Shown in pieces: positions 37,410 through 46,524 of a DNA stretch of 57,915 nt (its first letter is position 1; every line of letters starts with the position of its first letter). Below the pieces are notes generated by a model that worked only from the letters and a program-made list of their open reading frames with translations, made no database searches and was not told where the DNA came from. Both the position numbers and the translations under genes were made by a program. Origin of the DNA: a virus (Duplodnaviria > Caudoviricetes); the IMG/VR virus record IMGVR_UViG_3300023296_000219, positions 1-57,915 of that record; one strand, 5' to 3'.

Positions 37410-39172
37410 TAAAATTAAAAAACATAACACTTAGAAACTTTTTAAGTGTTGGATCTGTGACACAGGGAGTTGATTTAGATAATAAAGAGTTGACCTTGAT
37501 CTTAGGTGATAATTTAGATTTAGGTGGTGATGGTGCTAGAAATGGTACTGGTAAGACTACGCTTATACAAGCGGTTAGTTATGCATTATATGGCACTGCT
37601 CTTAATAGCATCAAACAAAACAACCTCATTAACAGAACAAACGGCAAAGGCATGATGGTCACGTTAGAATTTGAATGTCATGGTATAGAGTATCGTATTG
37701 AACGTAGTCGGAAGCCAAATGATCTGAAATTCTATATTAATGGAACAGAAGAAACAGACAATGAAGCGCAAGGCGAAAACAGACAGACGCAAGAAACGAT
37801 AGATAGCATTCTTGGCATGTCTCCTACTATGTTTAGGAACATTATAGCACTTAATACATACACGTTGCCTTTCTTAAGCATGCCTGTTGGTCAACAAAGA
37901 GACATCATAGAGCAGTTATTAGGTATTACTCTGTTATCAGAGAAAGCCGAAAAAATAAAGATAGTTATAAAGAAAACTAAAGATGATATGCAACATGAAG
38001 AAGTAAGAATTCAAGCTGTTGAAGAGGCTAACAAAAGAATAGAAGAACAAATAAACAGTCTTAAGAGTAGAGAGCGACTATGGAATGCAAAACATTCAGA
38101 AGATATAACTAAACTAACAAACACTGTTGAAGAATTAAAGAAAATAGACATTGATGCAGAGTTACTTGGACACACCCAACTCAAAGTACACACTCAATTA
38201 ACAAAAGATCATGCAGACATTGATAGATCGTTGACCAGAACACAAAATGATCTCAATAAAGAAGGAAAAACTAGTGAAAAGCTAGGAAAAGAATTAGAGA
38301 TACTAGAAACAAACAAATGTCATACCTGTGGTCAAGACTTTCACGATGATGGACACGTTAAAGTCGTAGACAACAAGAAAGACTCATTAACAAGCATCAA
38401 TGCTCATTTAGAGGAGCTTGCCGAACTGTTTGTGGAACTAGAAAAAGAAAAAGAAAAATTGGGTGCTGTTGGTACGCGTCCAAACGTTCATTATAGTTCA
38501 GAAAGTGAGGCTATTGAACACCAAAGCCAAATTAAAAACATAGAATGGCAAGTAGAGCGCAAAACACAAGAAGAGAATCCGTATACAGACCAAATCGTCG
38601 ATATGGAAGCTAATGCATTACAAGAGTGTAATTTCGACAAAGTTAACGCATTATCACGTGTAGCTGATCATGAGAAGTTCTTGTTAGATTTACTAACAAA
38701 CAAAGATTCATTTGTGCGTAAGAAGATAATTGATCAAAACTTGTCATATTTAAACGCCAGACTGACTTCATACTTAGATAAGATGGGTTTACCACACCAA
38801 GTTGTGTTCCAAAATGATTTAACCGTTGAAATTACGGAATTGGGTAGAGAATTAGACTTTGATAATTTATCAAGGGGTGAGCGCAACAGATTGATCTTGG
38901 GCTTGTCTTTTGCGTTCAGAGATGTTTGGGAAAACTTATACTGTCCAATAAATGCGCTATTCATTGACGAGTTAATCGATTCGGGCCTAGATACAATCGG
39001 GGTTGAGAATGCAATGACTATACTTAAAGACATGACACGCAGACGCAACAAGTCTATCTGGCTAGTATCTCATAGAGAAGAGCTAGCTGGAAGAGTTCCT
39101 AGTGTGTTACAGGTCATCAAAGAGAACGGGTTCACTACATATAATACGACGAGAGAGATGGAAAATCTGTGA
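37406..39172 (+). CDS. recombination ATPase subunit, gp46/Rad50/SbcC family
   Basis: NFLS, Walker A NGTGKTT, coiled coil with CHTC zinc hook, LSRGE signature, FIDE Walker B, VSH. Confidence 0.95.
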   Translation: MIKLKNITLRNFLSVGSVTQGVDLDNKELTLILGDNLDLGGDGARNGTGKTTLIQAVSYALYGTALNSIKQNNLINRTNGKGMMVTLEFECHGIEYRIERSRKPNDLKFYINGTEETDNEAQGENRQTQETIDSILGMSPTMFRNIIALNTYTLPFLSMPVGQQRDIIEQLLGITLLSEKAEKIKIVIKKTKDDMQHEEVRIQAVEEANKRIEEQINSLKSRERLWNAKHSEDITKLTNTVEELKKIDIDAELLGHTQLKVHTQLTKDHADIDRSLTRTQNDLNKEGKTSEKLGKELEILETNKCHTCGQDFHDDGHVKVVDNKKDSLTSINAHLEELAELFVELEKEKEKLGAVGTRPNVHYSSESEAIEHQSQIKNIEWQVERKTQEENPYTDQIVDMEANALQECNFDKVNALSRVADHEKFLLDLLTNKDSFVRKKIIDQNLSYLNARLTSYLDKMGLPHQVVFQNDLTVEITELGRELDFDNLSRGERNRLILGLSFAFRDVWENLYCPINALFIDELIDSGLDTIGVENAMTILKDMTRRRNKSIWLVSHREELAGRVPSVLQVIKENGFTTYNTTREMENL

Positions 39173-39297
39173 AATTACCCAAAATTAATTTTAAGAGGCC
39201 TAGTTTATACACGGCTCTTACGAATACCAGACAAAATACAGTACTAAAATTGTGAATAAAAATTATACCACTCAATGGTAGGGAGATAATTAGTAAT

Positions 39298-39963
39298 ATG
39301 CCATCACCATCAAAAAACAAAGGTTCAGGATACGAACGAGACATCGCAAAATATCTAAGTGAACTATACAAAGAAAGTTTTATCAGAGCACCTGGCTCTG
39401 GTGCTTATGTTGGTGGCAAAAATCAATCTCGTACAGAGATACTACATGAAGGCCAGATTAGAAGTTTTAAAGGGGACATTGTTCCTGGACAAAGTTTTGT
39501 CATGCTTAATGTAGAATGTAAATTTTATGCAGACTTTCCGTTTCATCAGGTACTGGCAGGATCATGTAAACAACTTGATTCATGGTTAGACCAATTAATG
39601 GACGTAGCTGATGAAGGCGACTTAAATGTTCTTTTTATGAAATTTAATCGTAAAGGCAAATTTGTTTGCGTACCTAGCAGATATACATGGGTAAGTGATC
39701 AATTTATGTATTATACTTCCAAATATCATGCTGATTGGATTTTAGTAGAGCATGATCATTTTTTCAAACACAACAAAGATATATTTAAAGCATACTCAGG
39801 CAAACCAGAGACCAACTCAAACCCACCAGAGAACAACTCAAACCCACCAGAGAACAACTCAACCTCGTCAGAGAACAACTCAAACCCACCAGAGAACAAC
39901 TCAACCTCGTCAGAGAACAACTCAAGCCCAATAGAAACTAAAACTACAGCTATAAAGATTTAA
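39298..39963 (+). CDS. Holliday junction resolvase, Hjc-like PD-(D/E)xK nuclease, with repetitive C-terminal tail
   Basis: K.KG..YER.IA..L, SGA, GDI...ECK motifs. Confidence 0.8.
   Translation: MPSPSKNKGSGYERDIAKYLSELYKESFIRAPGSGAYVGGKNQSRTEILHEGQIRSFKGDIVPGQSFVMLNVECKFYADFPFHQVLAGSCKQLDSWLDQLMDVADEGDLNVLFMKFNRKGKFVCVPSRYTWVSDQFMYYTSKYHADWILVEHDHFFKHNKDIFKAYSGKPETNSNPPENNSNPPENNSTSSENNSNPPENNSTSSENNSSPIETKTTAIKI
39805..39930 (+). repeat. six tandem 21-bp units ((c/t)cagagaacaactcaa...) encoding (P/S)ENNSxx
   Basis: Direct reading of the sequence. Confidence 0.95.
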
Positions 39964-39964
39964 T

Positions 39965-40328
39965 ATAACATACATTTAGTATGGTCGTGATTTATACTCG
40001 ACCCTCCTTGAGGAACCTGTGTCATGCAGGCGACGGAACTGGAGTAGTGTCTATTTATAGACACATAAACCGACAAGGCAATCGTTATGGTAGCGAACCT
40101 TGAATGAGTTCATATATATTTTGATTTGATGATATGAAACATGCGTTGCCGAGAGGTTACATTTATTAGTGTAATCGACTCAACTACAACCCAGCAAACT
40201 TTACAGGGCAACCGGTAGCAATTGATTATAGTAACGTAATCGATTGGGGATAATCAACATGGGACGACGGGAACAATAGTCCGCCGATCATTGGTAGTGT
40301 TTAGAAGCACTACCATGGCTCTCAAAAA
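39965..40328 (+). ncRNA. candidate large structured non-coding RNA
   Basis: No ORF of 60 aa or more; at least eight consecutive stems, several with G-U pairs on the + strand, plus a long-range GTTGCC/GGCAAC pairing. Confidence 0.55.
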
Positions 40329-40420
40329 ATAATAATACAAAAACAAAATTATAATCATCCAGTATTTAAATTTATTACTTTGAAAGAAAAATTATGATTG
40401 AACGAAGTGAAAGAGTAATT

Positions 40421-40439
40421 AAGTTCTCGAAGAGAACTT
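40421..40439. other. perfect hairpin AAGTTCTC-GAA-GAGAACTT
   Basis: 8-bp inverted repeat with a C-GAA-G loop between convergent units. Confidence 0.7.
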
Positions 40440-40464
40440 CTAAACAAGACCAATATAAGGTTGT

Positions 40465-40662
40465 TTAGAAGAATGGTATTTGTGTTTTCTTTGTAGTTTC
40501 CAGGTGTTCTTCTACTAAGGCACTGATAGTTTTTCTTTCTGATACCGACATATTGAGAATGTCTTCATAGGACGCACCACCTCGCATGTACCAAGACATG
40601 GTCAATGCATTTGACTTGATTCCCTGGGTGTAATTTTCGTAATCGTTGATCAACTCCCTCAC
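40465..40662 (-). CDS. small gp51-like ORF; probably the -1 frame extension of the upstream gp26-like gene
   Basis: WYMRGG.SY.D..NM...ER motif. GTG start lacks an SD and is buried in a hairpin; the frame is open back to the slippery site. Confidence 0.65.
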   Translation of the reverse strand: MRELINDYENYTQGIKSNALTMSWYMRGGASYEDILNMSVSERKTISALVEEHLETTKKTQIPFF

Positions 40663-40701
40663 CCCATCAGGGTCGAGTGAAAGGAGTCTTAGACGAAAAA
40701 A
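40653..40701 (-). promoter_or_regulatory. putative -1 programmed ribosomal frameshift signal
   Basis: T TTT TTC in frame at 40701-40695, a 7-nt spacer, then a stem-loop at 40687-40653. Confidence 0.7.
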
Positions 40702-41531
40702 TCCGATGCGTTTAGTGTGAATGGTTGCGTATATACATGTTCACATTCAGTACAGGTAATTGTCAGTGGCTTGATAGTACTTTTTGATCTGAGTTCTACG
40801 TTATGATCACGAATTGCTTCGTATGTTGTAGTATCACAGTTCTGCAAGAAATCAAGTATGAATTCTGTTTCTGTCACCTCTGAATCGGGTGTTATTACCT
40901 TGGTGATTGTATCTGATAAAATTTCCATAGTTAATGATGTGATATCTATCAATGCATTTTTATTTGCTTCATTGCGTTCAGTAGTGTCTTCTATTTGGGG
41001 TGTATTTTTGTACTTGCCTTGAATGTCAAACTGTTTTAAAGCCGCTTTATTCATGGTTGAATACTGTATAGGACCAAAGCATATTTTTAAATCACCTATA
41101 GGTAAAGGAGTTTCATAATCACCCTTCGAAATAGATCGCAGTAATACTTGTAGGTTAATACCATAAGTACCTGGAATCGCGCACTCCTCATTTGTACACA
41201 CAGACTCGACATCAATTGTTTCTTGTCCACCTGCCGCTTTAATAGAGATGAGAACACTATCTAGGTCATTACTCAATAGATTCCATGGATTTTTGATTGC
41301 GGGAATACAACTCTTGATAAGTTCTACCATAGCAGAACCGTTAAACAATGCATCTGGTGTTTTTGTTGTTATCTCATCAATGGCTGTCATCGGATAAACA
41401 GGCAGTTCTCTTGTATCTGCCGGAAATTCAATATCGTCACTTGTGTATGCTTCACCACCAGAAGGTAGAGTTAAATGTACTGCGGGTCTACGAAAGAATT
41501 GACGTAGGGGATTACTGTTGTTGTTTTCCAT
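40689..41531 (-). CDS. baseplate hub assembly/tail assembly chaperone, T4 gp26-like
   Basis: LPS.G..Y, PMT..DE, two Cys pairs (CTNEEC, CTEC) and a C-terminal DFF; divergent from the tape measure gene. Confidence 0.75.
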   Translation of the reverse strand: MENNNSNPLRQFFRRPAVHLTLPSGGEAYTSDDIEFPADTRELPVYPMTAIDEITTKTPDALFNGSAMVELIKSCIPAIKNPWNLLSNDLDSVLISIKAAGGQETIDVESVCTNEECAIPGTYGINLQVLLRSISKGDYETPLPIGDLKICFGPIQYSTMNKAALKQFDIQGKYKNTPQIEDTTERNEANKNALIDITSLTMEILSDTITKVITPDSEVTETEFILDFLQNCDTTTYEAIRDHNVELRSKSTIKPLTITCTECEHVYTQPFTLNASDFFV

Positions 41532-41570
41532 ATATGTTCCTCACATAAAAAATTGGGTATTTTAAAATAC

Positions 41571-41606
41571 TAAATACTAATAGAGTATATTTAGTAGTAG
41601 GAAAAC
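41571..41606. promoter_or_regulatory. face-to-face late promoters TAAATA (+, 41571-41576) and TAAATA (-, 41588-41593)
   Basis: Motifs in the divergent intergenic region between the gp26-like and tape measure genes. Confidence 0.6.
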
Positions 41607-41637
41607 ACCCAAATTTAAATCTTAGGTAAAAGAGTGT

Positions 41638-44600
41638 ATGGAAGATTTTGACCCAGAAGTAATAAGAGAACTGCAAGAACATATTATAGCCTTGAATAGA
41701 GTTATGGGCCCACTGGCCGCATCATTGGGCGCTGTAGCTGATTCGGCTAACACCAGTAATACCGCACAAAAGAAAGCAAACGAGTCAGTAAATGAATTTG
41801 CTAGGACAAGTACGTTAGCCGCGCACGGCCAAACTAAACGTGAAGAAGCAGAGGCACGAGCAGATCGTGAAATTGATCAGAGTAACAGGCTGCTCGCCGC
41901 ATCAGGATCACTCGCAATACAATCATTGGGTAAATTTTCTGAAGCCTTGCTTGACAGCACTCCAGGATTTGGCAAATATGGGAAAGCGTTATCGACAAGT
42001 GGAGAAGCTGTTGCAAATTTCGGTGAATCATTCGGTCCGATAGGTGAAGCCTTAGGAAAAATGGGTAAAGGCATCTTTAAAATCGGTGAGATCATGCTTA
42101 ATCAAGCCGATGCTCAAAATCAGTTTGTCAAAGAACTGAACAGTATGGGTGCAATAGCAGGAATTACGTCTGATAATATCACGGATATGGCACGAGATGC
42201 TGGTTATGCCTCTCAGGATTTAGAAAAACTTACTAAGATTATTACAAGCGCAGGTGCAAGCTTAAACACATTAGGCTCAGGTACCGCCGAAGGTGTCGAG
42301 AATTTAATAAGCATATTCAGTCTGAGTGACTCTCAAGAAATGGAAATGCGTAGATATGGTCGCACCCTAGAAGAAGCGAATGAATATCAGTTATATTACT
42401 TAGAATTACAAAAACGTTCAGGTATAAATTTACGAAATGAAGCGAGAGAGGGAGCGAGAGAGACGGTCAAGGATAGAAAGGCCCAAACAAAACTTCGAGA
42501 ACGCACACTTGAATATGTAAGAAGTCTAGCCCTACTTAGTGAAATAACCGGCAAAAATATTGACGGTGTTAAAAGAGATCAAGAGATAGCATTAACTGCA
42601 TATCAAAATCAAATTGCAAACGTAGCGATGACTTTAGAAATAGATGCGCTGAAGGCAAAAAGTTTGGCCGTAACGGCACAACTTGACAAAGACATTACTC
42701 AGGTGAAGAGGGATGAGTTAGAGGCGAGTAGGGAATCCCTCAATGACCGCATTAAAGAGATGACAGATCATAAAACGGCAATGGAAGATAGCATTGCAAA
42801 ACTCGCACCAACCTTAGGCGGAGAATTTACCGCAATACTCGCTGAAGTAATGCGAACAGGATCCTTTGCTACAAACAATACATCTGTCGCACAATTGGGT
42901 ATTAATGCCGCAGAGATGGAAAGACGATTTGCTAATGTTGATCCAAATGCGAACGAAGGCCAAGACTTGCTAGACTTGCAAACTTGGGTAGAGGAACAGT
43001 TCATGGGCGGCATCGCCCGCAATGTAGCCCGTCTCCAGCCTGCTATAGAGAGGATGTCGAGCGAAGGACAGGCATTGGGTGAAAGTATGGGTGTCGGTGC
43101 TGAAAATCTTCATCACTACATGACCATGTACAACACAGAAAACGACCGAGCAACAGTTAAAAAAGATGCCAAAGGAAATATAATAGAATCTACCGGGAAA
43201 GAGTATGACGCTCAAAAACAACTTGCGGCATTATTCCAATCTTTAGAACGAAACTTAAGAACAGACGTTGATAGATTGACAGATTCTATCAATCCATTAA
43301 CCACTGGGTTTAATGCAGGAACATGGGCAGTTGGTCTATTAACCGTAGCAGCCACTGCCGCATCAATATCACTTGGTAAAATGGCAGCTTTGGGCTTCCT
43401 GGGTGGTGGCATAGGTGGCAAAGCCGCAAACGCCGCAAAAGCCTTCGTCGGGCCAATACAGTCCACCGCGAGCAAGTTTGCTACCAAAATGGCTGGGCCA
43501 GCTGGTAAGGTTGTAAAAGGCAATGCCCTATTAGGAGTCGCGGCCGCAATTTGGGGTGGATGGGAACATGCCTCTGAGAAAAGAGAAAAAGCAGAAAAAG
43601 CATTTGCCGATAAAAAAATTACAGAGGACGAGCGGATAAGACGAGAGACAGTAGGAAAGGGTGAAGGCTATGGTACCGCTGTCGGCGGTGCTGGTGGCGT
43701 GGTGGCTATGGGATTGGCTGGCGCGGCCATTGGGTCAGTAGTACCTGTCGTAGGTACTGCTATTGGAGGAATAATTGGTTCAGCACTTGGTTTATGGATG
43801 GGTATGAAAGGCGGAGAATTAATTGGCGGGGAGATAGCCGAAGGAATAACCCTATCGATGGAAGACAAAAAATTGGACGCAACCAATCTGGAGATGGCTA
43901 AAAAGATAGACATATATGACAAAGATCACGTGGGTGATAGTCATATTGATTACGAAAAAATGGGAGAATTGGTAAGGTCCGCTGAGATTGATGTTAGTCA
44001 AGCGATCGGTATGATGACAGCTATGATCAGAGATAATGATTTAAATGACGATGCAAGTGAAGGGACACACACGGCAAATAATGGTAAAAGAATATCTGAC
44101 TTGCAATACGCAACAGATCAATTAAATTTATATTCAAATATACAAACGAAAACCGATCTATTAGGCAACGAGGCCATGATTACTAGAATACGGTTGAGAT
44201 TGGTCGAATTAAATTCGATGAAAGCCTGGGATGCGGCAGAGACCGAGTATACCGCCAAGGAGAAAGAAACTATTGGGGAAATGACAAAGAAAATATTTCA
44301 AGAGTTTAAAAAGAGCGGACTAACACTTGAACAGTTCGACACAGTAAAAGAAGCAAACGAATATGCTACCGAGGCTACCGAGGCAGGTCCAAGAACACAG
44401 AAACTAAAAAAGGAAATGGATGCTAACTGGGCAGAGATGATAGTAGAAGATACCACAACAGCAAATGATGTATCCTCGGGTAACACTCCTAAAGTTGATC
44501 TAGTTAACGAAATTAATGACGACAGTACGGCAATTACCGAAAAAAGGCAGATTGCCCAAACAACAATTGAATCTAATAATAATGATATGATGAAAAAACA

Positions 44601-44706
44601 ACTAGACTTTGCTGAGATCAATAATAAGCTACTAAAAACACTGATATCTAAGGTAGATGACAGTAATAATCAATTAGAGAAAATCGGCAACTACGCCGCA
44701 GTTTAA
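41638..44706 (+). CDS. tape measure protein (gp29-like)
   Basis: 1022 aa, helical Ala/Glu/Lys-rich, with Gly-rich hydrophobic segments (GAAIGSVVPVVGTAIGGIIG); adjacent to the gp26-like gene. Confidence 0.75.
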   Translation: MEDFDPEVIRELQEHIIALNRVMGPLAASLGAVADSANTSNTAQKKANESVNEFARTSTLAAHGQTKREEAEARADREIDQSNRLLAASGSLAIQSLGKFSEALLDSTPGFGKYGKALSTSGEAVANFGESFGPIGEALGKMGKGIFKIGEIMLNQADAQNQFVKELNSMGAIAGITSDNITDMARDAGYASQDLEKLTKIITSAGASLNTLGSGTAEGVENLISIFSLSDSQEMEMRRYGRTLEEANEYQLYYLELQKRSGINLRNEAREGARETVKDRKAQTKLRERTLEYVRSLALLSEITGKNIDGVKRDQEIALTAYQNQIANVAMTLEIDALKAKSLAVTAQLDKDITQVKRDELEASRESLNDRIKEMTDHKTAMEDSIAKLAPTLGGEFTAILAEVMRTGSFATNNTSVAQLGINAAEMERRFANVDPNANEGQDLLDLQTWVEEQFMGGIARNVARLQPAIERMSSEGQALGESMGVGAENLHHYMTMYNTENDRATVKKDAKGNIIESTGKEYDAQKQLAALFQSLERNLRTDVDRLTDSINPLTTGFNAGTWAVGLLTVAATAASISLGKMAALGFLGGGIGGKAANAAKAFVGPIQSTASKFATKMAGPAGKVVKGNALLGVAAAIWGGWEHASEKREKAEKAFADKKITEDERIRRETVGKGEGYGTAVGGAGGVVAMGLAGAAIGSVVPVVGTAIGGIIGSALGLWMGMKGGELIGGEIAEGITLSMEDKKLDATNLEMAKKIDIYDKDHVGDSHIDYEKMGELVRSAEIDVSQAIGMMTAMIRDNDLNDDASEGTHTANNGKRISDLQYATDQLNLYSNIQTKTDLLGNEAMITRIRLRLVELNSMKAWDAAETEYTAKEKETIGEMTKKIFQEFKKSGLTLEQFDTVKEANEYATEATEAGPRTQKLKKEMDANWAEMIVEDTTTANDVSSGNTPKVDLVNEINDDSTAITEKRQIAQTTIESNNNDMMKKQLDFAEINNKLLKTLISKVDDSNNQLEKIGNYAAV

Positions 44707-44718
44707 CTAAATACTAAT

Positions 44719-46506
44719 ATGGCATACACAAAGAATTTTTTAAATAAAAGCGGAGTATCTAGCCCGATATCAGGTAATAATAGCAACTCTGGTAATTGGA
44801 ATGGTGGTGCGTCCGAAGCAGGCTACTCTAGTACAGATTTCGGCTACAAAAACTACATGAGTAGACTCCCAGAAGTATATACGGGTCATCCAAACAGAAT
44901 AGAACGATACAATCAATATGAGATGATGGACGTTGATGCAGAGATCAACGCATGTTTGGATATCATTGCAGAATTTAGCACTCAGCGAAATGATCACAAC
45001 AAAACACCTTTTTCATTCGAATATAAAGATGAACCTACACCACATGAAGTTAGTCTATTATCTAAACAATTACAACAATGGTGCAAACTTAACGAGTTTG
45101 ATACACGTATGTTTAAAATCTTTCGAAACGTGGTCAAGTATGGAGACCAAGTATTCGTAAGGGATCCAGAGAACTTTAAACTCTACTGGGTTGACATGGT
45201 TAAAGTTATTAAAGTTATTGTTAATGAGAGCGAAGGTAAACTTCCTGAGCAATATGTCATCAAAGACCTAAACATTAACTTACAGAACTTAACGGTTGCA
45301 CAAAAAACAAACACAGACTTTGCCGCAAATCCAACGACAGGATTAGGTGGTACAGGCGGTGGCGGAGGAGGCGGAGGAGGCGGATACACAGCACCATCTA
45401 TGCCTTATAACACATCGGGCAGTAGATTTACATTAGGTCAATCAGAATCCTCAATCGACTCTAATCATGTTGTTCACTTGTCATTAACAGAAGGATTAGA
45501 TCGCTTCTGGCCTTTCGGACAGTCTATCTTAGAGAATATCTTCAAAGTATACAAGCAGAAAGAACTGTTAGAAGACGCGGTTCTGATCTATCGTGTACAA
45601 CGTGCACCAGAACGCAGAATGTTTAAGATTGACGTTGGTAACATGCCATCGCATTTAGCTATGGCGTTCGTGGACAGAATAAAAAATGAAATACATCAAA
45701 GACGTATACCTAGTATACATGGTGGCAACTCAGTAGTAGATGCTACATATAATCCCCTAAGTATGAATGAGGATTACTTCTTCCCTGTAACAGCAGAAGG
45801 CAGAGGCTCATCAGTTGAAGTTCTACCAGGTGGACAGAACTTAGGCGAGATTGACGATCTTAAGTACTTTAATAACAGATTAGCACGTGGTTTACGTGTA
45901 CCAAGTTCATACTTGCCTACAGGCCCAGATGATAATACCACGCCTTTGAATGATGGTCGTGTCGGTACAGCAATGATACAAGAGTTTAGATTCAATCAAT
46001 ATTGCGAACGATTACAGAATTATATATGTAGCAAACTTGACGAAGAATTTAAACTATTCTTGCGTTGGAGAGGATTTAACCTCGATGTAGGAATGTTCGA
46101 TCTACAATTCAATCCACCGCAAAACTTTGCCGCTTATCGTCAAAGTGAGTTAGATACTGCTAGAGTATCAACTTTCTCTGGTATGGAAGCATTCCCTTAT
46201 ATTTCAAAGCGTTTTGCACTAGAAAGATTCTTAGGATTGACTGAAGAAGAGATTCAGAAGAATGAAAAACTATGGGCAGAAGAGAATACAGAAGAAGCCA
46301 CTGATGATCCAGCTGGTTCTGATCTCAGAAACATTGGAGTATCTACCAGTGATTTTGATACAGACATAGAAACTGGTGAAGAAATCGACGATATGGAAGA
46401 ACTAGATGACTTGGGCGACTTAGACGTTGCTGGTCCAGTTGGCGGACAACCATCAACAGCTACAGGTTCAGTTCCAGGCGCAGGCGAAGTAGGACCGGTG
46501 TCGTAA
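44719..46506 (+). CDS. portal vertex protein, T4 gp20-like
   Basis: LLEDA.LIYR..RAPERR.F.IDVGNMP, EDYF.P, LPGGQNLGEI.D..YF...L..L.VP.S motifs. Confidence 0.95.
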   Translation: MAYTKNFLNKSGVSSPISGNNSNSGNWNGGASEAGYSSTDFGYKNYMSRLPEVYTGHPNRIERYNQYEMMDVDAEINACLDIIAEFSTQRNDHNKTPFSFEYKDEPTPHEVSLLSKQLQQWCKLNEFDTRMFKIFRNVVKYGDQVFVRDPENFKLYWVDMVKVIKVIVNESEGKLPEQYVIKDLNINLQNLTVAQKTNTDFAANPTTGLGGTGGGGGGGGGGYTAPSMPYNTSGSRFTLGQSESSIDSNHVVHLSLTEGLDRFWPFGQSILENIFKVYKQKELLEDAVLIYRVQRAPERRMFKIDVGNMPSHLAMAFVDRIKNEIHQRRIPSIHGGNSVVDATYNPLSMNEDYFFPVTAEGRGSSVEVLPGGQNLGEIDDLKYFNNRLARGLRVPSSYLPTGPDDNTTPLNDGRVGTAMIQEFRFNQYCERLQNYICSKLDEEFKLFLRWRGFNLDVGMFDLQFNPPQNFAAYRQSELDTARVSTFSGMEAFPYISKRFALERFLGLTEEEIQKNEKLWAEENTEEATDDPAGSDLRNIGVSTSDFDTDIETGEEIDDMEELDDLGDLDVAGPVGGQPSTATGSVPGAGEVGPVS

Positions 46507-46524
46507 CAAAAGATAAATACTCTT

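Noticed and set aside
39169-39255. 28-codon GTG ORF overlapping the gp46 stop, containing a TAAGAG..GCC/GGCTCTTA stem
   Set aside because: Too short and without independent support; more likely an intergenic hairpin.
39805-39930. Possible CRISPR mini-array
   Set aside because: Units are contiguous 21-mers with no unique spacers, lie in frame in a CDS, and no cas genes are present.
40261-40290. Group I intron S-like element (AATAGTCC) in the structured region
   Set aside because: No convincing R element (GACUA) partner was found and no interrupted gene flanks it; left as an unclassified RNA candidate.
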